A stretch of 64,000 bases of DNA from Bacteroidota bacterium (lineage in GTDB: Bacteria > Bacteroidota > Ignavibacteria > UBA10030 > SZUA-254). Of the stretch, positions 28,887 to 38,659 are shown piece after piece. Below the pieces are notes generated by a model. It worked only from the letters and a program-made list of their open reading frames with translations, had not been told where the DNA came from and made no database searches. Both the position numbers and the translations under genes were made by a program. How positions within the stretch are numbered: the first letter of the stretch is position 1; each line of letters begins with the position of its first letter. The stretch spans positions 251-64,250 of the forward strand of contig JAGVIE010000017.1 in assembly GCA_020056225.1 (NCBI GenBank), read 5' to 3'.

Positions 28887-30827
28887 TCATATTAGAATAA
28901 CACTAACTTGTCCTGGGAACATTTTACCGATGAGGACATTATGTTCAATTGTGAATGCTTTTCCTGAGAGCAAATCTTCCAATACTTTCTTATTTGTATC
29001 TACCTTCAAAGCCAAATCTACTTTTTCAAGCATATTCGAATTTGCTATCACCAATAGCTGATGCTTCTCACTCTCCGATTTTCTTTTGAAAGCTATCGTA
29101 TCCTTTGAGTTCGTTTCAATCCACACAAACGACTCAATGGAAGAACCAATAATCAATGAATGATACTTTTTTCTAACGGCTGAAACATTTTGGATCCAAT
29201 CTATGATCTGGTTTTTGTTCTGCCAATCATACGCATACTCACTGAATAGTGGAAGCTTTTCGGACGGTAAATTAATCAGCTCCTCCTTCTTGAAATCAAG
29301 TCCGGTATTGATTGGATACTCCTCACCAAGCTCGAATCCGGAATGAATAAAAGGAACAGCAGGTATGAAATTACTCAACGCCCATGCGTACTTTGAATAC
29401 AAAACTCCACCCTCTCGTGCCGCCGCCCTCGGAGTGTTATGGCTTTCTGCTGTGGCAAAGAACGGAAGCGCAAATCCTTCCGTTGTGAAACGCTTAAGCA
29501 TATTTTTGAATTTCACCGGATGATGCTGATCGCTCCATTGATAACCGATGACAGCATTGTATCCTTCCGTAACGCTTTTCTCGGTTACTGAAAAATTCTC
29601 ATCCCAAAAAGCAAAGTCAGGATCAATACCACGTGCTCGTTTTATCATATCGTGTTTTAGATCCATCGGCAGTGCATGTCCCATATCTATCATGACGCCA
29701 TCAATTCCAAAAGTATGCTGGTAATGAGGTATAATCTCGGCAATCTTTTCCCAAAGTTCTCTGGTAATATTTTCAGGACGCGCAAGTCTGTCATCATACA
29801 TGCGGAGGGTATTATATGCGATGTAATTGAAATCCGGGTGATCGTATATTTTCAAATATGTCACGTCTCCCCATGGCGGCTGTGTATCATGGGGGGGCCA
29901 ATCGGCAAAGGCGCCAGGGATGCGAACTTTCGTACCATCATCCAGTGCACCGACATATCTTCCCTTCTGAATTTTAGTATTTTCTGGTTTCGGAGGTAAT
30001 GTAAACATATCGCGATAAATATTATGCGGAGGTATAAGATTATCATACTTTCCGTTATCAACATCCGCTATGATTTTTTTTAATTCACTCTGCGAGAAAA
30101 TCGGATTACCATACTCTGTCTCGTCGTGATGATGCGGTTTTCTGTCCTTGATGTTTTCACGAATCCAATAATACCAATCGGGATGTTCTTTCACCCAATC
30201 ACCGTCCTTAGATGAAGTACGAAATACGAATTCAACCACTACACGCATACCAAGATAATGCGCTGAGTGCACAAAGAATTTGAATTCTTCTTGAACTCCG
30301 AGTCCGGCGTTAGGTTCATGCAGATTCGGATCAAGCTCATAAGGATTTTTAATCGCATACGGCGATCCGAGCGTTCCTTTATTTCCATCCGAACCGATTG
30401 AGGTAATGGGAAGAAGGTGAATCGTATTAGCGCCTAAAGATTTTATATAAGGCAACATGGCAGTTGCTTTTAGGAAAGTACCTGTTTCTCTCCACCCTTC
30501 AGGATTAACGGGCAAATCCAACCTGCCGTTTTCGTTATGATCGTATGCGCAGGTTGTTCTGACAAACATATTGTAGATAATCGCATTGCGTGTCCACTTC
30601 CCACCGTGAATTTTTGGAATAGGGACATGCTTCTGATTTATGATATAATCAAATGCATTAAGATAAAAACTTGGCGGATTAATCTTTATGAGTTGAACTT
30701 TCGCATTATTCTGTTTCTCTGCAATCCAGATGTTGGGAACAGCATACCGGCTTCTTTTACCTTTGTGCTGTTGAAGGTTTTCCGTTAATTTCTGACGAAT
30801 CTCAATCAAATATTTTTTCATTTCCAT
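28887..30827 (-). CDS. Cytoplasmic alpha-amylase-family (GH13-like) glycoside hydrolase
   Basis: No signal peptide. GH13-like conserved regions are present (GANTIHLLPI...; GIDGVMIDMGHALP; FWDE). The longest ORF (start 30875) overlaps malG by 43 nt, so an internal Met (MEMKKYL / MKKYL) is the preferred start. Confidence 0.55.
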   Translation of the reverse strand: MEMKKYLIEIRQKLTENLQQHKGKRSRYAVPNIWIAEKQNNAKVQLIKINPPSFYLNAFDYIINQKHVPIPKIHGGKWTRNAIIYNMFVRTTCAYDHNENGRLDLPVNPEGWRETGTFLKATAMLPYIKSLGANTIHLLPITSIGSDGNKGTLGSPYAIKNPYELDPNLHEPNAGLGVQEEFKFFVHSAHYLGMRVVVEFVFRTSSKDGDWVKEHPDWYYWIRENIKDRKPHHHDETEYGNPIFSQSELKKIIADVDNGKYDNLIPPHNIYRDMFTLPPKPENTKIQKGRYVGALDDGTKVRIPGAFADWPPHDTQPPWGDVTYLKIYDHPDFNYIAYNTLRMYDDRLARPENITRELWEKIAEIIPHYQHTFGIDGVMIDMGHALPMDLKHDMIKRARGIDPDFAFWDENFSVTEKSVTEGYNAVIGYQWSDQHHPVKFKNMLKRFTTEGFALPFFATAESHNTPRAAAREGGVLYSKYAWALSNFIPAVPFIHSGFELGEEYPINTGLDFKKEELINLPSEKLPLFSEYAYDWQNKNQIIDWIQNVSAVRKKYHSLIIGSSIESFVWIETNSKDTIAFKRKSESEKHQLLVIANSNMLEKVDLALKVDTNKKVLEDLLSGKAFTIEHNVLIGKMFPGQVSVILI

Positions 30828-30832
30828 TTTCT

Positions 30833-31675
30833 TTATCCTTTTACACTTCCCAAAGTCAATCCGGAAACTAACCACTTACTTAATATAATAAACAATGCAA
30901 CGACTGGGATCATAACAATAAGCGATGCCGCACCATATAAGCCCCATTCTGTGGACATGTTCGCTTCGAACGACTTCAAACCAAGCGGTAACGTCCATAA
31001 CTGAGTATCCTGTAATATTTGAGCCGCAACGATATACTCCGACCACGCAGTCATAAAAGAAAATAATCCGGTAATAACAAGCGCCGGTGATGCCAACGGT
31101 AATATCACTTTGTAAAATGCCTGGAACTGATTGCATCCATCGATTCGTGCGGCTTCCTCTAAACTGATCGGAATTGTGTCGTAATATCCTTTCATCGTCC
31201 AGATGCAAAACGGTAATGCAGTCGCTGAGTAAGTTATGATAATTCCTAAATATGAATTTATCAGTCCGAGATATATCAACATAAGATAAAGCGGCAATAA
31301 TAACATGGTTGCCGGGAACATTTGAGTAACAAGCAAGCCAAGCAACCCGACTTTCTTCCCGATGAAATTGAAACGCGAAAATGCGTAGCCGGACATAGCC
31401 GCAAGCGCGACACCTGTCAGTGTAACTGTTAATGAGATAAGCGCACTGTTCCGTACCCAAAGTAAGAATGGTTGATCTGTGAATAATGATACATAAGATT
31501 TCAACGTTGCATTTTGTGGAATTATTTCAAGCGATGTCGATAGCAGTTTGTCTGATGGTCGAAGTGAGATTGTGACAACTTGAAGTACGGGATAAATTGC
31601 TATCAATGTAAAGATCACCAACACTAAGTGAGTTAGAATCCGAAGAATTATTTTTTTATTTTTTGAGGATGTCAT
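30833..31675 (-). CDS. Sugar ABC transporter permease (MalG-like)
   Basis: Six TM helices and an EAA-like loop (EAARIDGCNQFQAF), 280 aa. Confidence 0.8.
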   Translation of the reverse strand: MTSSKNKKIILRILTHLVLVIFTLIAIYPVLQVVTISLRPSDKLLSTSLEIIPQNATLKSYVSLFTDQPFLLWVRNSALISLTVTLTGVALAAMSGYAFSRFNFIGKKVGLLGLLVTQMFPATMLLLPLYLMLIYLGLINSYLGIIITYSATALPFCIWTMKGYYDTIPISLEEAARIDGCNQFQAFYKVILPLASPALVITGLFSFMTAWSEYIVAAQILQDTQLWTLPLGLKSFEANMSTEWGLYGAASLIVMIPVVALFIILSKWLVSGLTLGSVKG

Positions 31676-31754
31676 TTGTAAATTGTCATTAGTTATTTGT
31701 CATTTGTTCCTTGTTTTACCCTATGCTCATATCCCATATCTCAAATCGTATATT

Positions 31755-32648
31755 TCAATACGCCGCCTCAGTTGCTTTTGTTTTTTTCATGAACGACAAA
31801 CTGAATATTAAAAGAATAACGAAAATAACAATTGATAACGCCGCCGCATATCCGTAGCGATACAAGTTAAAAGCCGCTTTATAAACGAATGAAACAAGTA
31901 TATGCGTGTTATCCGATGGCTCGCCGCCGTTGCTCACCAACCATACGATGTTCAGACTGTTGAATGTCCAAACAATTCCGAGAGTAATCGCTGGTATCAT
32001 TACCGGTTTGATAAGTGGAAAAGTGATGTTCTTAAGTTTATGATACCATGAAGCTCCATCGATATCTGCCGCTTCGTATAATTCGTGAGGAATACTCTGT
32101 AGCGCTCCCAATGCAACCACCATCATAAACGGAAAGCCAAGCCAGATATTGGTGAGGATGCAAGCGAGAAACGCTTCAGTAGGATTCTTTAGCCATTCAA
32201 CTGCAGGAAGATGGAGATATTTTGTTAGAACAATATTTATTGAACCATACTCATAATTAAACATGCCGCGCCAGGTTAGCGCAACTATGTATTGCGGAAT
32301 TGCCCATGGAAGTATAAGAAGTGTTCGGTATATTCCTTTGCCTTTTATTTTTTGATTCAAAAGAAGCGCAAGAATAACCCCGAGAACGACATGGAAGAAT
32401 ACGTTTACAAACGTCCAGATGATTGTCTTGAGAAAGATAACGTAAAAATTCGGTTCAGTCGGTTCAGTGAAAACCTTTACATATTGGACAGGACCAACCA
32501 TCTGCCAATCTTGAATATGGCGGAGGTTCATGTTCGAGAATGAAATCACCACATTATATATAAAAGGATAAAACACAACTCCAATGAGCACGAGAAAAGC
32601 CGGCGCAACGAATGTGAAGATGAAGATATTTTTATAAAAGCGATTCAT
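31755..32648 (-). CDS. Sugar ABC transporter permease (MalF/UgpA-like)
   Basis: TM topology and an EAA loop (EAADIDGASWYHKLKNITFP), 297 aa. Confidence 0.8.
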   Translation of the reverse strand: MNRFYKNIFIFTFVAPAFLVLIGVVFYPFIYNVVISFSNMNLRHIQDWQMVGPVQYVKVFTEPTEPNFYVIFLKTIIWTFVNVFFHVVLGVILALLLNQKIKGKGIYRTLLILPWAIPQYIVALTWRGMFNYEYGSINIVLTKYLHLPAVEWLKNPTEAFLACILTNIWLGFPFMMVVALGALQSIPHELYEAADIDGASWYHKLKNITFPLIKPVMIPAITLGIVWTFNSLNIVWLVSNGGEPSDNTHILVSFVYKAAFNLYRYGYAAALSIVIFVILLIFSLSFMKKTKATEAAY

Positions 32649-32750
32649 TATTCATGTTTCAAGATTCAAGTGTCAGGTTCACTATTCACTATGAACGAAT
32701 TATGGTGATAATTCATTATTTTAATTTTGCTTTTTTCATTTTGCATTGTC

Positions 32751-34004
32751 TCACTCATTCATCTCTGCAATTTTTCTGAGAGCTAAGCTTTGCATATTTT
32801 TCGCCGCTTGCTCAGGAGTTTTAACTCCACCTAAAACAGCCTGATAGCTGGGACGCATCGCATCCCAGATTGCACGTAATTCCGGTACAACAGGCATGGG
32901 TCTGCCGCGATCGATCTGGATTTGTGAATTCTTCAGTATCTCATCATTCTTAATAAACGGATCGTCGTACAGCGCTCTCCATGTAGGCATAGTATTTAAT
33001 TGTTTAGCCGTTTCGAGTTGATTCTCGGGGGCAAGCAGATATCTTAAAACGTCAACAACAATCTTTTCTTTTTCTTTGGAAACGTTCACGTTTATTGAAT
33101 ATCCTTTCGGAGAAACCATTGGCGCGCACCACAAACCTGTCTTCACAATCTTTGGTAACGGGGCGATCCCGATATCTATACCCGCCTTCTTATAACCTGC
33201 CCAAGACCAGTCACCGTTGATTATCATTGCCGCTTTTCCATCCTTAAACAACGCATCTGCAATGTTATAATCGGCCTCCCTCGGAATTATCTTGTAGATA
33301 TCGCGCAACTCTTTAATGAAATTCAAGCCATCGACAACACCGCGATTATCAAGTGTTGGCTTTCCATCATCATCCATAACCCAACCTCCGAAGCCTGTCA
33401 TGAACGGAATAAAGAAAAACGGCTCTGTGTAATTCCAAACCAACCCGTATTGTTCGAACCTTCCATCACCGTTTGAATAGACAGTTAAGCGTTTACCGAT
33501 TTCTATTAACTCAATATCGGTCTCCGGTGCTTTCTGCAATAGATTTTTATTAAAGACAAGCGTAAGATGATTTCCTAGCTTATCTGCAATCTGATACAAA
33601 TGTCCTTTGTACCAGGTTACGCCCTTAGGATTAAACGAATCTATCCACGCTTCGCTGAAGATATTTTCCATCGGTTTAATGATATTCATTACCTGAAACG
33701 GACCAATTTGATCCGAAGGACCATAAACCAAATCCGGTCCCTGCCCTGCAATTGCCGCAATGATAAAACCTGAACGCAGTTCCTCTGTTTCCTTATAGAT
33801 AGCTTCGAGATGGATTCCAGGGTGAAGTTCCATGTACTTCTTCATCTGACCTTCGAGTATAACCCGCTCATCAACTCGCATCTGATGCCATATGACTATG
33901 CGATTTAGATCAATCCTCCTTGAACAAGAAAGAAATAGGACAAGAGAAAGTAATATTATACTTGATAGATGGATGATCGATAATAGATGACGGATGATTT
34001 TCAT
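32751..34004 (-). CDS. Extracellular solute-binding lipoprotein (family 1, MalE-like)
   Basis: Signal peptide with lipobox (LFLSCS), 417 aa, SBP_bac_1-like. Lies upstream of the two permeases. Confidence 0.75.
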   Translation of the reverse strand: MKIIRHLLSIIHLSSIILLSLVLFLSCSRRIDLNRIVIWHQMRVDERVILEGQMKKYMELHPGIHLEAIYKETEELRSGFIIAAIAGQGPDLVYGPSDQIGPFQVMNIIKPMENIFSEAWIDSFNPKGVTWYKGHLYQIADKLGNHLTLVFNKNLLQKAPETDIELIEIGKRLTVYSNGDGRFEQYGLVWNYTEPFFFIPFMTGFGGWVMDDDGKPTLDNRGVVDGLNFIKELRDIYKIIPREADYNIADALFKDGKAAMIINGDWSWAGYKKAGIDIGIAPLPKIVKTGLWCAPMVSPKGYSINVNVSKEKEKIVVDVLRYLLAPENQLETAKQLNTMPTWRALYDDPFIKNDEILKNSQIQIDRGRPMPVVPELRAIWDAMRPSYQAVLGGVKTPEQAAKNMQSLALRKIAEMNE

Positions 34005-34091
34005 TTTAAAATTATCATTGCATAATCATTACTTAAGCTTCCATCCAAGTACAATCTGAACCGGAAGTAGGAAATCTCTATGAACTGTTCT

Positions 34092-37000
34092 CTACCTAAT
34101 AAGTATCATCTTGTGTACAGTTGAAAATCTTTCAGTAGTCATACGGTAAAAATAGATTCCACTTGCGACATTACCTGCATTCCAAATGAAATCGTATGAA
34201 CCGGCGGGCTTCTCGCCATTTACTACAGTTTCTACCTCACGACCAAGAAGATCGTAAATAGTGATCTTAACAACTGATTTCGTTGGAATGGAATAGCTGA
34301 TTCTCGTTGTCGGATTAAACGGATTAGGATAATTTTGTAATAGCGCAAACTCCTTCGGAATCTCAATATCCTGAAGCACATCCAATATCGGGTTATCTAT
34401 TACAACCGTATCGCGCGTTAATGAAACCGTATAAAGAGCAGTTCCATATGCTGGCAGTGTAACTGATACTGAATTGAACGTGGATCCTAATATTTGCTCA
34501 GATGTATTTGTATAGAGATTGTTGAGATAGTAATTTGCAGCCGGTTGTATTCCGTCGGAGAATTTCAATCCGTAGTTTATGGTTAAATCGAGTGATGCGG
34601 ATTGTTCATTACCCGAAAAATTCACAACTGTCAAACCGTTTTGATCACTGTAGGGCCTCGAGAATGCATATACAATATTGTTGCTCGATGTAATCCTGAT
34701 GAAATCAGTCGTGTCGGATGAGTTAACTTGAAAATCATGATTTGTATCGCGTTTATGTTGTGTGAATGCCGGAAATTGTCCGCGAATATTTGCCAACTTT
34801 TGGTAATGCGGAATCAAAAGGTTTTTACCCTGAAAATCCCAGTTGATAACGCTGCGGTTTCTGGCGATTTTATCACCCGCAATACCGTATCCCCAACCGA
34901 CTTCCTGACCGTTCCATAACATTGGAAATCCCGGTGCCGTGAATATCACGCTTGCCATCGGCATTGTTTTCTTAAATGCAGTTGCGGGATTGTTGTCGTA
35001 GTATGATGTTGCATAAGGATCATTATAAAATATCCGATCTTCATCCTGTGTTTCCATAAAGCGCATGTAGAGAGAATTCACACCCGGATAGAACCCTACG
35101 TTATCGATCTCGGCATGCAAGTTTGTTATTGCTGTTGAACTAAAACCGAAATTAACAATACTATTTCTGTACAATTTGAAATCATAAGATGCATCGACCC
35201 CGCCGCGAACATCTATGTTTGAATAATCGGCATATATTGTTTCTGTGCCCGATCCTGTTCCGTCATCTTCAGCCAGCAAAAGGATATCCGGTTTTATATG
35301 TTTGAGCGCCTGCCTGACCGGTTGTCCCATATATCTTTCTCCGTACCGTCTATGAGGTCCCCAATAAACATCAAAGCGGTATCCGTCGACGTCGAATTCT
35401 TTAATCCAGTATTTATATACGTTGATCATTTCCGTTCGAAAATCGATATCCAGCCAGTTGAGGTTCAGTAACTGATCCCACCCATCATAATACCAGAAAT
35501 TGTCTGCGTCATACGATGTACCGAGACCGTTTGTATTATGGGGAATATCCTGATGCTGGTACCAATTCCAGTAGAATGAATTGGTTTTGAAAGTATGCGC
35601 ATCAGCCGACCACGGATGAAATCTACTCGAATGGTTGGGCGTGATGTCGAGTATTACTTTGATTCCTTTTATATGTGCCTGAGAAATAAAATTTTTCATA
35701 TCCTGATTAGTGCCGTACTCAGGAGCAACATTATAAAAATCCGTAATATTATATCCCGGTCCGATGCCGTTATCTATAGGGTAAGCGTTTTTCATTACGG
35801 GCATTAACCATATAACATTGAATCCAAGATCTTTTATATACTGAAGTTTTTGCCCGGCGGCGCTAATAGTCCCGGAAGCCGTAAAAGCTTTTGGAAAGAG
35901 AAAATAGATGCGCGCTTTCTGTGCCCAGGATGGATTGCTTGCAATAGTTGGAATTATCAAACTTCCATTATTGATTGTGAAGTAATTTCGTGTAGTATCT
36001 TTATTTCCATTCACATCGGTAACTATGAGTCGGAAATAATACTCACCGTTTGCCGTGGGGCGCGCCGCGTTAATTGTTTTCGATGAGGAGCCGTTAACCC
36101 CCGAAATAACTTGAGGATTTGTAGAATCAGCGGACCAGCTATATACCAATGAAGTTGTTTGACCTGCGTCCGGATCGGAGCTTTGGCTTGCATCTATAAT
36201 AACAATGCCCCCCGGTATTGAAAATGAGATAACTGCATTCGGTGAATGATTAACTTTTCGGTACATGACAATCGGAGAGGATATTTTTGAAATCCCCGAC
36301 GATTCTGCAACCGCAACAAATGAATTTGCACCTTCTATAAGTGGTGCATCATATGCGAATGCTTTATTTGAAACTGAAACGGTAAACGTATCGGTGGTAT
36401 TCCGAATAATTCTTGTTGAACTAACCGTACTATCCCCTACTACTCCATTAAGTGTCCACGAACTCTTCAATGTCGTATACGGAAATTGATTTAATAATTG
36501 GACAAAACCTCCGCGTGTGGTAAAATTCACTGTATCGGCATTCGCACCTGCTGTCAAGATCACTATGTGGTTACCGTTTAACAATGGTAACGATGGCGTA
36601 AATGTAAATTGATTCGTGATGAAATTATAATAATTCCCGATTTCAGAATAATCAATCCCATCTATCTGTAATCGTAATGTCGATGTATCAAGTACGGTTC
36701 CCGCTTTTGGAAATAGGTACGAAGAAATAGTCGGGAATGATGTATAAACGATAGGATCACGCTGATTAGGTAAAAGATGATAGATAGTCGGATCTTTTAC
36801 ATAAAGTATAGAGTTTTGAAACGCATCGGAATTGACGTGATGATTCAAAGGATCATTGGGCCACGAACTAACCCCAGCATAATAAAATTTATATAGATGA
36901 GTACCAACAGCAATACGCGCGTTTCTGGTCCAAAGATCACCGCTAACTTTGGTCATGGGCCAAATCGAATTATTCCATCCGTTGAAGGTCCCTGCGACAT

Positions 37001-37109
37001 AAGGCGTTGCGGTACCGCTATAATTATACCTGAAAACGACATCGACGCTATCGGCAGCCAGTGAAACAGTGATCGAGAAAATAAAGACTAAAAATAATTT
37101 TAGTTTCAT
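34092..37109 (-). CDS. Secreted GH13 alpha-amylase/pullulanase-family enzyme with N-terminal CBM-like domain and type-A T9SS CTD (1005 aa)
   Basis: Signal peptide and GH13 regions (GFNVIWLMPV; DGYRFDVYW; LLAEDDG). C-terminus reads NYPNPFNPTTRISY...GIYFYRMTT...KMILIR. Confidence 0.8.
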   Translation of the reverse strand: MKLKLFLVFIFSITVSLAADSVDVVFRYNYSGTATPYVAGTFNGWNNSIWPMTKVSGDLWTRNARIAVGTHLYKFYYAGVSSWPNDPLNHHVNSDAFQNSILYVKDPTIYHLLPNQRDPIVYTSFPTISSYLFPKAGTVLDTSTLRLQIDGIDYSEIGNYYNFITNQFTFTPSLPLLNGNHIVILTAGANADTVNFTTRGGFVQLLNQFPYTTLKSSWTLNGVVGDSTVSSTRIIRNTTDTFTVSVSNKAFAYDAPLIEGANSFVAVAESSGISKISSPIVMYRKVNHSPNAVISFSIPGGIVIIDASQSSDPDAGQTTSLVYSWSADSTNPQVISGVNGSSSKTINAARPTANGEYYFRLIVTDVNGNKDTTRNYFTINNGSLIIPTIASNPSWAQKARIYFLFPKAFTASGTISAAGQKLQYIKDLGFNVIWLMPVMKNAYPIDNGIGPGYNITDFYNVAPEYGTNQDMKNFISQAHIKGIKVILDITPNHSSRFHPWSADAHTFKTNSFYWNWYQHQDIPHNTNGLGTSYDADNFWYYDGWDQLLNLNWLDIDFRTEMINVYKYWIKEFDVDGYRFDVYWGPHRRYGERYMGQPVRQALKHIKPDILLLAEDDGTGSGTETIYADYSNIDVRGGVDASYDFKLYRNSIVNFGFSSTAITNLHAEIDNVGFYPGVNSLYMRFMETQDEDRIFYNDPYATSYYDNNPATAFKKTMPMASVIFTAPGFPMLWNGQEVGWGYGIAGDKIARNRSVINWDFQGKNLLIPHYQKLANIRGQFPAFTQHKRDTNHDFQVNSSDTTDFIRITSSNNIVYAFSRPYSDQNGLTVVNFSGNEQSASLDLTINYGLKFSDGIQPAANYYLNNLYTNTSEQILGSTFNSVSVTLPAYGTALYTVSLTRDTVVIDNPILDVLQDIEIPKEFALLQNYPNPFNPTTRISYSIPTKSVVKITIYDLLGREVETVVNGEKPAGSYDFIWNAGNVASGIYFYRMTTERFSTVHKMILIR

Positions 37110-38582
37110 CTATTTACTTTCGTTTGAAATTAGAATAATACCTGACCGAGCAGATATCGTTAGCTGTTTATTTTCATCAAGTTCAGTGGTAATTCTAGTA
37201 TTGTTCAAAATATCAAACCAATTTCGCTTGGAATCTAAGGTTTGCTGAATAGAAATATTTTGAGCAACATCATTCATATTCAATATAACAACAGCTTTTG
37301 AATTTTCATATTCACGTTCGAATCCGAACAATTTATTTCCGACATCTGCTATCAAGGATTTAACTGAGCCGCGCTTGAAAACCCTATAATCGTTTCTGAT
37401 CTTTACTAACTTACGCAGCCAGTTCTTAATATCAACATTCCATTTTGTTGAATCCCACACCATAGTTTTACGGCAATCAGGATCTTTTAATCCGGTCATC
37501 CCGATTTCATCGCCGTAATAAACCATTGGAGCGCCCGTAAATGTCATTTGCATCAACATTGCTAACTTCATTTTGTTTATGTCGTTATTACAGAGCGTTA
37601 AAAAGCGTTCAGTATCGTGACTACCGATCAGGTTTTGCAGTGCATCGGCTACTTCAGCAGGGTAATCATTACGGGTTGCCGCCAAAATAGAATCGAACTG
37701 AAAGGCATTTCTATTTTCAAGCGCAATAAATCCTACACAGGCGCCTCGGAATCTATAATTCATCACTGCATCGAATTGGTCTCCCTTGAGCCAAGCCGAC
37801 GCATCGTCCCATATCTCTCCTATAATCAAGGCATCAGGATTCTCTTGCTTGACTAATTTTCTCCACTGGATCCAGAAATCGTGCGACATCTCGTTCGGCA
37901 CGTCAAGCCGCCAGCCATCAAGCCCTAACTTCATCCAATGTCTGGTCGCATCAAAGAGGTATTTGCGTACCTCGGGATTATCTGCCATAAGTTTCGGTAA
38001 TTCGCCTATCCCCCACCATGCTTCATAATTCGGCTTCAAGGGTGGAAGGTTTACCGGAAAACTATGAACATCATACCAAGCCAAATATTTTGAATTATTT
38101 TCGTTCTTCACAATATCTTTAAATGCGAAAAATTCGGTACCAGTATGATTGAATACTGCGTCGATGACAATACGAATATTCCGCTTATGACATTCATCTA
38201 TAAGCTGTTTAAAAATATCGTCGTCACCGAAATGAGGATCAATCCTGAAGTAATCGATCGTGTGATATTTATGATTGGTGTTCGATTCGAAGATTGGGTT
38301 TAGATAAATGGCATTAAATCCCAAATCCTGAATATAATCGAGATGGTCGATAATTCCTTTCAGATCACCGCCAAAATAATTATTCCCTTTCGGTATACCA
38401 TCCCATTTTTCAGTAACCGTAGGATCGTTAGTTGAATCGCCATTGCAGAAACGCTCCGGGAAGATTTGGTAGTATATTGCATCTTTCGCCCATTCAGGAA
38501 CGAAATGCGTTTCCTTATTGATTTGTGAATAACAGAATTGTACCGTAAGAAACGTAATTAGCGAGAGTATATATTTCTTCAT
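37110..38582 (-). CDS. GH13 alpha-amylase-family enzyme (neopullulanase/cyclomaltodextrinase-like), exported
   Basis: Signal peptide and GH13 regions I-IV (GFNAIYLNPIF; DAVFNHTG; GLDGWRLDVPNE; GEIWD; GSHDTER). Length 490 aa. Confidence 0.85.
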   Translation of the reverse strand: MKKYILSLITFLTVQFCYSQINKETHFVPEWAKDAIYYQIFPERFCNGDSTNDPTVTEKWDGIPKGNNYFGGDLKGIIDHLDYIQDLGFNAIYLNPIFESNTNHKYHTIDYFRIDPHFGDDDIFKQLIDECHKRNIRIVIDAVFNHTGTEFFAFKDIVKNENNSKYLAWYDVHSFPVNLPPLKPNYEAWWGIGELPKLMADNPEVRKYLFDATRHWMKLGLDGWRLDVPNEMSHDFWIQWRKLVKQENPDALIIGEIWDDASAWLKGDQFDAVMNYRFRGACVGFIALENRNAFQFDSILAATRNDYPAEVADALQNLIGSHDTERFLTLCNNDINKMKLAMLMQMTFTGAPMVYYGDEIGMTGLKDPDCRKTMVWDSTKWNVDIKNWLRKLVKIRNDYRVFKRGSVKSLIADVGNKLFGFEREYENSKAVVILNMNDVAQNISIQQTLDSKRNWFDILNNTRITTELDENKQLTISARSGIILISNESK

Positions 38583-38591
38583 ATATGGCTT

Positions 38592-38641
38592 TCAAAAAAA
38601 TAAAAAAGGCGCCGCCGTACGAACAGATGACGGCAAGCGCC
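38592..38641 (-). terminator. GC-rich rho-independent terminator after the starch-binding protein gene
   Basis: Minus-strand hairpin GGCGCTTGCCGTCATCTGTTCGTACGGCGGCGCC followed by TTTTTTATTTTTTT. Confidence 0.5.
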
Positions 38642-38659
38642 TGTACCAATATTTAGGTG

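Noticed and set aside
28887-30875. Full 662-aa extent of the cytoplasmic GH13-like ORF, which overlaps malG by 43 nt.
   Set aside because: The first 16 codons (MVSFRIDFGKCKRIKK) overlap the upstream gene and are not needed. An internal Met (MEMKKYL) gives a non-overlapping start, so the gene is kept with the shorter start.
30876-31460. A 194-aa ORF on the minus strand.
   Set aside because: It is an alternative reading frame inside the well-supported MalG-like permease gene, with no recognisable motif.
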